DNA of 63,350 nt, the filler included, from Collodictyon triciliatum (lineage: Eukaryota): NCBI GenBank assembly GCA_043381765.1. It is 9 parts of 9 records of this genome, joined end to end, with 100 filler letters (N's around TTAATTAATTAA, not from the genome) between each part and the next. Parts side by side here need not be neighbours in the genome. Positions count along the whole stretch, not along the records: positions 7,067 to 14,023 come from JBHJMP010004143.1; positions 14,124 to 21,078 come from JBHJMP010004144.1; positions 21,179 to 28,128 come from JBHJMP010004145.1; 6 more parts are not named here. The stretch is one strand, 5' to 3'. Shown here one piece after another: positions 13,701-22,164 of this stretch (positions within the stretch are counted from its first letter, which is position 1; every line of letters begins with the position of its first letter). The translations under genes were made by a program, and so were the position numbers. Below the pieces are notes generated by a model, which made no database searches, was not told where the DNA came from, and worked only from the letters and a program-made list of their open reading frames with translations.

Positions 13701-13712
13701 TCAGAGGTTTAA
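7725..13712 (+). CDS. NLR-like STAND protein, 1995 aa: N-terminal leader - helical domain - NACHT NTPase - pentapeptide repeats - WD40 propellers (paralogue A)
   Basis: Uninterrupted ORF. Walker A IMGNSGAGKST (~10119-10145), Walker B VFIMDGYDE, SPFILSL, winged-helix FVHRSIQEFF. Pentapeptide repeats GADLSQAILQNVDFSGADLSGVSFIDADLRGCTF (~11300-11460). WD repeats such as LVSCGADKMVYVWNV and VTGSSDKHVKLWDF. Confidence 0.92.
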   Translation: MEADQIFTFDGVQLKIVRLDHPNESPFSVQIYDSEAEERWIDADFITPPEFCLDSLAEAYRYTFRMEKASLTQSQSCYKLMVSWDAVKKYQQDGSIVETRIPRVYLQSGLFGGGLWSSKTSPNVKFSGDIERQKMREKSLTKNSNNSRSSTITTGNQPKTDATGTETGTGTGNSAGPSSESTKDGTFSKKQNDMPAPTKDGREGFEKNWPFCNIKPEDLRKLDSSPSGNIPSNTLEFAHHYRFGKLKKYKSLILHVLKIASSMEKLEIIHIWEVGLLARSNDVKVCSKLWRIITRPDLDELHSHPHYVRCLAELLLFSDSHLHQKHIDEVMKKVLHKIKIKSDHEKEEYKRSFEKKNREMQFTTEAKIEENGEIPPNYSEIQYSEVTDENPEKPLSSSGVDASKEPNQQSHMENQGNGESTTSPSEPILESSKRKAKRSEDKPKDAANMTKEKDDAGEENPMDDHQMQFLIHSAGFLLDSIILRNIKLNVSEVDKDMLNFFLLESRLSRLDQYTHIFEKAYQGFIRIFHSSESSSINYWKPNETQSADTTQNQSKRKVLEGHGDCQFHIESNDQRECWYEDYILFKSLILAHRLEEAVAFSEHIFSMDKKSYLSFFVLEEFVRIAQLPIKACSKSALKYIEKLLSDSFLVEQKPYYGHHAIYQLRKLGQYEIHSKKVHTILQNKTNTVKKSIFMDLVKKVLGTNLERLITQDLQTDENFIPTFLLNQSQQEFKKWNFSTDQNWGSNEYEGDEDEDELENDEVYIELKAKKNFNDNHNTDANSIVNDFLKGNSGTLIIMGNSGAGKSTFARRLYERLRSDTSQKKHPIFIYLPAVKEPRRLEEYVKKKMNPEYEKLMKSISAVFIMDGYDELKEAGTVKIIKENLKFLQKHHIVITYRYNLQQSKHDLMKIFGIEEYQGISPLQFMILQPFGDEQVKRYIESFVESQPKISTSSKDLVSKVTSSPSLRESATSPFILSLIMRVLPEYMEKKKSESDDNLSRYEIYDKFITNWHQRAEKSSKDTRLFNKKNFEDYSIRLSQKLIEKDTTVAVMSRNKGLLVSSSEWNEFIGDTYELTELRKGALVRRFNVSENEEQYGFVHRSIQEFFGAKKAIEEVEKDVWGDEKKSLFCNLKDKDFLVKLFIADYAFKNPEFVEKLIKIVHESKEGKELGRKLRSASIAIAILNYARIPLHDLDFKGINIPGADLSQAILQNVDFSGADLSGVSFIDADLRGCTFDNATLENTNFGQLPKLKHNHPVTCGIANPNADDENVLLYTATKNVISVWDLESCDSHAKLKHENVSAMTLIKKNEDSYLVTGDKSGIICIWDTILCEKIFEIPGIETGAAQINCISFNLELQSRFKIDRSDSFLFVCGNIIGEITFFLLNPKHVYENSLKIIKKVKMPGEITAIDFFFDREKSYIVYGGSLGFIAYQEIEFNPETIKISLSDAKTVNFEKKITTLTAIKYQDRYKIAFAIEKDIHILDSSTLDQPPRKLESSHEKNIRDIQWIPSDTSEPDFLVSCGADKMVYVWNVSGGSVAYPLFGQENEVSKLSVFKYLGESYVVGCCQDNYAWIWRVRSNEPLKKPAGHNRAINALSLVTNIRIESKRDGNEPKSTEITNYRSSVRKVVSSSSVIVTGSSDKHVKLWDFATGNCLATKKLDAMISKVITRKTISSFEVYFQLRGEEKFIYSIYSFDSNISPHIIVEETEKITDFSVFKIGENDFLAVSSKSGLKAYQLPSNGLVNEIIKPSYTLVDGRVGTFFIHTSEIPNTVDIITVQEGMVRYQTYTFRKPSSTQIEQLEIESEIKPKIEPEQGLDTPLTPISIRTKLNESENTISTIVGDENGLLYRFDFSLDGSEPKQDVLFEGEDPIYACDTFELGDVGYVAFGGRDGFLRVVGVSKEDEEPVFEKQIHNQVRAIKYHQDTNTLVTTGENGFMYVWTLALKNEKGGSREIEMLVAWTSHTVLHGDGISTDGLKKCSEPNRRLLEQLKCSEV

Positions 13713-14023
13713 AAGAAAATAAAGTATGTATTTATTCCTCTTTTATTTTAAAATAATAAATCATGTCCAAGTTATATTTTAGAGTAAATGTCCGAGTTAG
13801 TTGTTTTTTTTTTTACTTCATTCATCTCAGGCGCATCTTATTTTTCCCTTTAGGTTACAAACTACTCGCCCAGTCTACAACTGACTCGATTCGTCACTCC
13901 ATCACTTCATCACTTCATCACTTCATCACCCACTCACTCACTCACTCCATCACTCCATCACTCCATCACTTCATCACCCACCCACTCACTCACTCACTCA
14001 CTCACTCACTCACTCACTCAATC

Positions 14024-14123
14024 NNNNNNNNNNNNNNNNNNNNNNNNNNNNNNNNNNNNNNNNNNNNTTAATTAATTAANNNNNNNNNNNNNNNNNNNNN
14101 NNNNNNNNNNNNNNNNNNNNNNN
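14024..14123. other. Artificial contig spacer
   Basis: N44-TTAATTAATTAA-N44. Confidence 0.98.
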
Positions 14124-14508
14124 TTTTGTTTTTTTGTTTTTTTGTTTTTTTGTTTTTTTGTTTTTTTGTTTTTTTGTTTTTTTGTTTTTTTGTTTTTTCG
14201 TCATCATGTTTGTAATACCACTATACCAGCGTTATGTACAATCGCAAATGTAATCAAGTGTTATTGTTTAAATGATAATAACCTTCTGGATTTGATTATG
14301 ATCAATTAATTAATATTGAATAATAAGGGAATTCATACATTTATTAATCCATAGAGCGAAAGATATGAGGAAAAATGTATGTAGTACGAAGATATTCATC
14401 ATATCGTACGAAAAGGAATACAAGAGATAATCAAGGATTTTTAGTCTTTTTTTTCAGCTACGCAAACAAGGAGATTAGTCTTACTGAAGGCTTTTTCCAA
14501 GAAGTGTG

Positions 14509-17500
14509 TTACGATGTAGATAGTTGCTCGGTACTTGTTTCGTATGTCGCTTTGATAAAAGAGTCCAAATCTTTCATCATATCCATGAGCCTTTTCCTTG
14601 CACAGTCGTAGAGTATTGGTTGCACTCTAACAAATTCTACAGAACCGATTGCATTTCTTGAAATCCATTCTGTTGCTGTCTCAATTAACTTGTCTAGCAG
14701 GTTGGTCATTTCGTCTGTGGATGGCATTTTCCTTTTAGCTTAAATAGTAAATGTATTGGTATATCCGTTGATTCAAAATGGGGAAATAACAAATATATTA
14801 AAGCATATTTTCCCTAAATAAATTTATGATGATTATTTAAAAAGGATTTGTACAATCTAACCTAGAGAGAATCCAGAGATGCGACTTCTTGCAAGTTTAG
14901 TCTTTAAGACAGCGAGAGGGAGGGAGCTCTTCTGCTCCAGGATGTAGAATCTGAAATTTACAAAAATCTGATTGAAAAATGTGATAATATTGCTATGGAT
15001 ACCCACCACATCCTTGTCTATTCTTTTTAGGTTTTTCTATAGTCAATATCCGCAAAAGCAGTTATATTTTTGTGTATATAAGAAAATGAAACAATATAAA
15101 ATATGGTGAACAAGTTGCTATGTATTTTAACATATCATGTCTGATTTAGAACGAATGAAAAATCTTATTAATTTGACAAACCCTCGAATAGCGGGCATAA
15201 TGGAAAGTAGCCTGGACAGTTCTTGTTTCCGACGGACATTGTCATCAACTCCCATCGCTGCAAGTCTCTTTTTTGATTCTTCCTTTGTTTTTAGCTGTAT
15301 GTATTTTTGTGTGTATCCATCTTTTCAGTGTTTAAAATGTATGACCTCTGAACCGAAAGCGGCACCATACTTCAAATGTAAATTGTGTCAGTAAATTACG
15401 TTGTTTTTAAGAAAGAAGAAATACCCTGTCCAATAAAGCACCATTAATCCCAAGGGAGGAGTTTGATGCAGAGGGTTGCTGGTGAAGTGACGTTGGCGAT
15501 GAATCTGTGGCGATAGGATATAGTAAACCCCATCAAATCGATACATAGAAATTCCAGAAAAATATCAAGTTTCGGTGGTATTTATTGAAGACGATAGCAA
15601 AAGGGTCAACCAAAGAAGATAGAATCACCATTTGCCTCCTCGTTATCATCATTACTTTCTCCACTTGCAGCCTTATTAAAAGTGTGAATAAGCCTTAGTA
15701 ATTATGTATATTCAGGCAGTAGTAGGGGAAAATATGGCTCTTGATTAAACTAGACAGCAGAACCAATACCAGGCTTACGTAAAATAAGGTATAAAGAGGA
15801 GTCTAAAAGAAATAGAGCGAATGAACGAACGAACGAACGAAGAAAAGGGGTACAGAACACAAAACTATAAAGTGAATATTCAAAGAGTTTGGAGATTATG
15901 TACGCACAATTTGTGATGGTACCAAGAAGGGTGATAATTTGGCCTCTAAATCTGAGTAAGAGAATCTTTTTTTCCTTTCAAGCTTTGGTAGAGGTGCAGG
16001 AGGAATATCGGGGATACCTTCAATGTCAAAGTCCTTGTGCCACACATTGAGCGTGTTTTCTGGAAAATATTCTTTGCTGCCAATCTCCTTAATAAATTCC
16101 TTTTGATTTGGTTTGAAAGTAGTTTATGTTTAACAGAAACAAAAGAAACCGCAACGATATACGAAAATAGGTTAGAGACGAAATCCCTCATTGTCCCTTT
16201 CAAGGCGGTAATGAAATCATTAAAAATTGGGTAGGTCGATATAATTGTTTATCTTAAACTTTTGCACTGAGATGATAATTTATAAATTGTGTAGGTCATT
16301 AATCATGATAGCTACCATATGGTAAGTAAAGCTATTGAATGACTTACCTTGTGGTAATTTTTAACGTATTGTCGTAACTCACTACGAAAAAAGTCCCTTC
16401 TCTTTGTCACCAACTGGTTGACGTGAATCTTTTCTGTTGGTTGGCTCGTGCTTTAATCTTTGATTGACGCCGATAAAGTTGTGCTTTCATAACAAATAAG
16501 CATTTTGTGTGAATGTATACCTGAATTGTTGTTTTCCATCCTTTGTTGAGAAAAGTAGAGATCTTTTGGCAGTTTTGGTCCATCAAGACTACTGTTGTTG
16601 GGCTCAATCAGGAGTCTGTGTTCTTTGTGGGGCTGATTTGGATCGGAACCAATCTAGGATTTGGAAAATTAAGAAGTCACGCATAACTTTTGAGAATTAA
16701 AAGAATTATCCATCAAAAAGTGCCTCAAAACATGCACACAGTCACAATAATAATAAAAATAAAAATGATTGATCATTTAATAAACGGACAATGCTATAAA
16801 AGGGGAAAACGGACAAATTATATTTATTAGTCATTCATATTTTTTTGGGGGGTATGATAGTCGTCCTCACCAAAGACAATGAGTATATTGATTTTCCAAT
16901 CGTCATTATTTGGGCTAAGTGATGCTTGGTAAAAGCTCTGATATTGATTTTATTTTATTTCATTAAGGACAGAACAATTTTTTATTCTAAAAATCGTAGC
17001 TGTTTAGATCAACTCCAGAACAATTAACAAAACAAAACAAAACAAAACAAAAGCACAAGTACCATCGTAATACCCACATGAACATATAAGAAAGATAGTG
17101 GGGGTAGAAGTTGTGAATTAAAAAAAAAAACACCCAAATCCCAATATGATTGGGCAATATTAAAATCAATAATTTAGCAATTTAACTAAATAAATTAGCA
17201 GACTGATAAGATACATGTATTAACACATATTTCATTTGCACTGGGTGCTACTGACCGTCTGCTTAGAGCCTCGACGTCCATGCGGATGGCCTCATAAGTA
17301 CACTGCGCCAAACCTCGTCGAGATCGGTAGAACGAGCAGACTGTCTCGAGAGCCATGAAAATCCCGAACAAAGCCTCGATTTTCGTCGGCAACGGCATCA
17401 TCACATCATCTGATGCAAAGTCAACCGTGGTATATGTGCCTTTAGGATACACATCAACCACATCCTTTACTGGGACCATCATAATTTTTTGAGTGGGTTC

Positions 17501-17923
17501 TGGATCCTCCTCTAGACTCTGAGCTATTTCTGAATGAATCTGTTGCGTGTCGGTTGCTTTCCCAACTTCTTTGCGGATGTGTCGATTAATCGTCAGGAAT
17601 CGACGACTGGCCAGCATCGGGAAAAAGGTTGGGTTTGCAAATGACCGAGTTCCTGTGTTGATTGATGTGTTGTTTTGGTCGGGATGTGGCTTCGGGTTCA
17701 GATCGATCTGGTCGCTTTCTTGGGCTGCTCTTTGTGGCTCGCGAAGCATGTCCTTGGCATGGCTGACGGCGCTGCTCGGTTGGCTCAACGGCGTGGACGC
17801 TTTCACTGGCGTTCTGAAGGCTTCCAGATCTGCTCGGGCTTTCTTTGAGGCATAGAACTGGCCCAGGTCGATCGGTCCGTTATAGTCCCGCTTGCGCGTA
17901 GGTTGAAGTCCAGCGGAGCTCAT
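14509..17923 (-). CDS. CDT1: DNA replication licensing factor Cdt1 (multi-exon)
   Basis: Geminin-binding winged helix LPTKIEALFGIFMALETVCSF...TYEAIRMDVEALSRR|AFTKHHLAQIMTI (human LPYKYQVLAEMFRSMDTIV...RRRFEECNVGQIKTV). C-terminal MCM-binding domain MPSTDEMTNLLDKLIETATEWISRNAIGSVEFVRV (human [22 protein letters not shown]). Probable ATG at 17923. Confidence 0.85.
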
Positions 17924-18416
17924 TCTAGTGTCGATAAAAGCCCTTCTTTTCTTTTTTTTTCTTTTTCCTGTTTTAATTGTTTTTCCTTTTCCTGTCACCC
18001 AGCCTCGGGCTTCTGTGCCGTGGTTTGCATCGGACACTCTTATATCAAAAAGAGAAAGTATGTGGCTACTTTATCATGCCTCGAACGAATAGTCTAATGG
18101 CGATGTTTTGCGCACACACTGAGCAGATAAAATAATATCTTGCTGGAGTGAGGCACTTTCATGAAGGTCCTTGCAGCAATAATGATATTACCACGGCACG
18201 GCTTAAGCGTGAATGTCAACGCGCACGGCGACGCAGAAGGAAGAAAACAATTTTGTAAAGCGATTGTGTGGACATTTGAATTTTGATTGTTTAAATTTGC
18301 CATCGTTTTCGAATGTGGAAAAGGGTAAACGCTGCCGCTTTAAATCTGCCTCGGTGGTCTGTGTGGCTCGTTCCTACCCAACGCTTTCATACTGACTTGC
18401 TTTCTGATTTGTTTAT

Positions 18417-19198
18417 TTAGTTTTGCTTATCGTCAGACCCGCTGCTCTTATTTTGAAACGAGAATGGATATCGGTGGTGGCGCCTGGAGGGGAGGATAAC
18501 GCGGGACCATTTCGGTGTTAGGCGTGGAGGGACGAGGCCGCCTCCAGGAAGAGTGATGTTTGCGGCCTGTGTGCCTTTCTTTGTCTGCACCAGGTCAAAC
18601 TCAACCTAAAGTACAACATTCATGAGACAAAGAAATCTATGGGTTCTTGCTTCAGTACATCGAGTCTTGAATGAATATGACAAAATGACAAATAATAATT
18701 GAGAAAACAGAAGATGAAAGATGAAAGATGAAAGATGAAAGATGAAAGATGAAAGATGAAAGATGAAAGATGAAAGATGAAAGATGAAAGATGAAAGATG
18801 AAAGATGAAAGATGAAAGATGAAAGTTGAAAGTTGAAAGATGAAAGTTGAAAGATGAAAGATGAAAGTTGAAAGATGAAAGTTGAAAGATGAAAGATGAA
18901 AGATGAAAGTTGGAAGATGAAAGTTGAAAGATGAGAAATATAAAATGAAAAAAGAAAAAAAAATGAAAGAGACCTGTTCTCCTTGAAAAACATCCTTGTA
19001 ACCTTTGGACTTAATCTCCGAATGGTGGAAAAAGACAGCCTCCCCCGTGGCATCGACATGGATGTATCCATAGCCGCGGTTCGGCTCGAAGTTCTGGACG
19101 ATGCCGGAGTGTGTGCCATACGAGCGGCCGAACGGGGCGACAGCGACGCGGGTGTTAAGTGCCGCAGTTCTGAGAGCGGAGGCGGTTGCAGACCACAT
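18417..19198 (-). CDS. Cold-shock domain protein, two exons (19198-18974, 18605-18417), with an N-terminal presequence-like extension
   Basis: [15 protein letters not shown] (RNP1), VFFHHSEI (RNP2), [22 protein letters not shown] completed across a GT-AG intron that contains a (GATGAAA)n repeat. Stop at 18417. An upstream in-frame start cannot be excluded. Confidence 0.88.
18711..18932. repeat. (GATGAAA/GTTGAAA)n intronic repeat
   Basis: Direct reading. Confidence 0.95.
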
Positions 19199-20020
19199 TT
19201 CCTCGACCTGAGAGGCGGACTGTGCTTCAAACGAGGGTGCTTTGTGGGTGCTGGGGGGGCGAGTCGAAAGAGAAGGCAAGCTGATTTGTTGAGGCGACCA
19301 AGAAGAGATCATGGCGTTGATCAAAAGTTGGGTGTATGATCGGCCATGTGAGAAGCTCAGTGCGATGTAAGGAACCACTCTTACACGTCCATTATCATAT
19401 GTAAATATGCGTACTATATTCCACAGTGCAGGCGGCAATTATTAGATTATGACTATCAATTTTGAGTTTAATTTATAAAATCCAGATGTAACAGGACAAT
19501 TCTGGACATCATTTTCCACATATGCATCAACATCTGCACAGGAGGAAGCCAATACAGCGCAGACGGTTTTGTCCCGTATAAATCCATCATGTCCCTCACA
19601 CAACCTCCATTTGCCACAGGCTGCACAACTGGCCAGTCATAGAATCCCATCCGCCCATTCAACCGGAGCACGGTATAAAAGCACAACACACCAGCGACTC
19701 TGGCGTATATATACGACTCCCAACCGCGCTCAAGCTTGGCAGCCAATCGAACAGCAGCCAAAATACACAACGTCCTCTGCCCAGCGTAAACCCGGGTGAC
19801 ACCGCCCGCCGCAAGAGGCACAAACACAAATGCACACACACACACACACACACACACACAACGGAGGGGGACGAAAGGAGAAACCTGCGGGGGGCATGCA
19901 AAGACCTGCTCCCTGGCCGTGGAATCCACACCTGTCATGCACACCTGTCATGCACACCTGCCACAGCACAGAGAGAGAAAGATTAACACCGAGCCACCTG
20001 CACGCAGGAATCAAGAAACA

Positions 20021-20881
20021 ATGACGCGCGGGGGACTGGGACTGGGACGTGCAGCCAGGCTCGGGGCGGCGGCTGTGCTTGCGGTTGGGCTCCTGCTGGG
20101 GGCTTTGCCGTGCGGGGCGGTGCCTGTGGGCGGGGCGGGCAACGGGACGGCGTTTGGCGGGGCGGAGGAGGGCAGGGCGGTGCAGGAGGTGTACTGGAAC
20201 GACGGGGCGCGGTTCAACTGGGCGGGCGGGGTTGTGCTGAACAACCAGTGGGGCAAGTCGAGCGCAAACCCGGGGTACTCGCAGGCGATTGTCAAGAAGG
20301 ACGACGGGACGGTGGGGATGTGGTACGAGTGGTGGGGCAACGACAACCTGGTGAAGGCGTACCCGGCCGTGATCTTCGGGTGGCACTGGGGCTACTTCAC
20401 GGCGTACGGCCAGTACGGGCTGCCGTACCAGGTCGGGGCGGGCAAGTCGCTCAACATCGCGCTGTCCGCCGGGCACCGCAACCTGGCCGGCTACCAGAAG
20501 CTCAACTTCGCCTGGGACATCTGGGTGGCCCACAACCCAAACCCCCCGGTCCCCAACTACGAGATCATGGTCTGGCCCTACCGCGTCGCCCAGTACCCCA
20601 TCGGCGGCCGCGTCGAGACCGTCTCCTACTGGGGCGCCACCTGGGACCTGCACTCCGGCCAGATGTCCGACGGCCAGAACTCCTGGTACGTCTACTCCTT
20701 CCTCCGCACCTCAAACACCCTCAGCGTCTCCGGCAACCTCGCAGACTTCATCAACCACGTCTACCGCAAGGGCTGGATCCCGGGCTCCGCCTATGTCGTC
20801 GGCGCTGAGGTCGGCACAGAGGTCATCCAGGGCAAGGGCGAGTTCGACATCTACAGCTACCGCTTCGACGGCGCACGCTAG
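20021..20881 (+). CDS. Secreted glycoside hydrolase family 12 (endo-beta-1,4-glucanase/xyloglucanase-like), intronless
   Basis: Signal-peptide-like N-terminus (AAAVLAVGLLLGALPCGA). GH12 motifs LNNQWG, VKAYPAVIFGWHWG, NFAWDIW, nucleophile YEIMVW, acid/base EVGTEV. ATG 20021, TAG 20879-20881. Confidence 0.9.
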   Translation: MTRGGLGLGRAARLGAAAVLAVGLLLGALPCGAVPVGGAGNGTAFGGAEEGRAVQEVYWNDGARFNWAGGVVLNNQWGKSSANPGYSQAIVKKDDGTVGMWYEWWGNDNLVKAYPAVIFGWHWGYFTAYGQYGLPYQVGAGKSLNIALSAGHRNLAGYQKLNFAWDIWVAHNPNPPVPNYEIMVWPYRVAQYPIGGRVETVSYWGATWDLHSGQMSDGQNSWYVYSFLRTSNTLSVSGNLADFINHVYRKGWIPGSAYVVGAEVGTEVIQGKGEFDIYSYRFDGAR

Positions 20882-20987
20882 CCGCCCCCATAAACACACG
20901 CCCACTCATGCCGCTCCGGGCTGCCCGGCTGCTTTATTTGCCCTTGCTGCCTCGCTGGCCCTTGTCCTTTGCTGCCGCCCCGGCCTG

Positions 20988-21000
20988 CGTGTGTGTGGGA

Positions 21001-21078
<78 letters not shown>

Positions 21079-21179
21079 NNNNNNNNNNNNNNNNNNNNNN
21101 NNNNNNNNNNNNNNNNNNNNNNTTAATTAATTAANNNNNNNNNNNNNNNNNNNNNNNNNNNNNNNNNNNNNNNNNNNNT

Positions 21180-21270
<91 letters not shown>

Positions 21271-21273
21271 TTT
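20988..21273. repeat. (GT)n and (TTTA)n contig-end microsatellites
   Basis: Direct reading on either side of the spacer. Confidence 0.95.
21079..21178. other. Artificial contig spacer
   Basis: N44-TTAATTAATTAA-N44. Confidence 0.98.
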
Positions 21274-21420
21274 GTATGAATACTTTAAACTGTGATTTAT
21301 CCTCGCCAAAGGTGGGTTTATGAAACTGTTTATAAGAGCGGCAACACACTTTGGCGCTGTATATCAAACAAATGTGTGTGTGTGTGTGTGTATATAAAAA
21401 GTAATCATCATGATAATGAA

Positions 21421-21678
21421 GGAATCCTGCTCGGAATCGCCTCTTTCTTCATCGCCAGCGTTTTAGCTCGGTATTCGAACTCGGTGAGCCGGATGGTTAA
21501 ATAACCTTGTATTTGAAAAAAAAAAAAAAAACAAGAGGGCAACCTTCTCGCCCATCGATCTTTGTCCCTCCAAAGAGCGCTGCGTCCGGCGCCATGGTGG
21601 AAGTTTTCTCACGCGGATGAAATTACCACAGATTGCGCGGTATGTCCTGCTCTCCACTCCAGGCCAAAAGGATTCTGA
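21421..21678 (+). CDS. Possible terminal exons of an unidentified gene (hydrophobic segment followed by a short tail)
   Basis: GILLGIASFFIASVLARYSNS followed by a GTGAGC donor, and an AG-preceded GC-richer segment that stays open to TGA at ~21678. No family recognised. Confidence 0.25.
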
Positions 21679-22164
21679 GGAGGAACACATCCTGAACCTG
21701 ACGCAGCCTTACACGAGACTCCAGCCCAAATATTCTAAACGGCGTGTCCTGGGCTCGGCTGAAAACACCTTCTAAGTAGGCCCACCACGGAAAGACTGAG
21801 TCGACTCTACTCACTCACACTCTCGTCTTCTCGATTCCTCCTGTGTCCTCCGCCAAACCACCCGGGCGCTTTTCACAGCCTAGCTTATATCTCTCACTCT
21901 CACTCTCTCACTCATACACTCACACACTCACACAAATATCATGATGGGCTGCCACTTAATGTCCTTCAATCCGCGTGAGGGGCAGGTTGCTTGCTTCTGA
22001 TTTTAATTTATTGCAACTTGTTATTTCTCGGGCGCTGCGTTCTTCATCGTGATTGGTGGATCGAGAAAGAGAGAAGGCGGGTCGGAAGGGGTTAAGAAAT
22101 AGAAGGTTACTCATCCAGAATGCCGCCGAGCCAGGGGCAAGGATGTATGGGGATTATGGCAGTT

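Noticed and set aside
19730-20808. Long overlapping and antisense ORFs over the GH12 gene
   Set aside because: Expected shadow ORFs from very high GC3; no recognisable motifs
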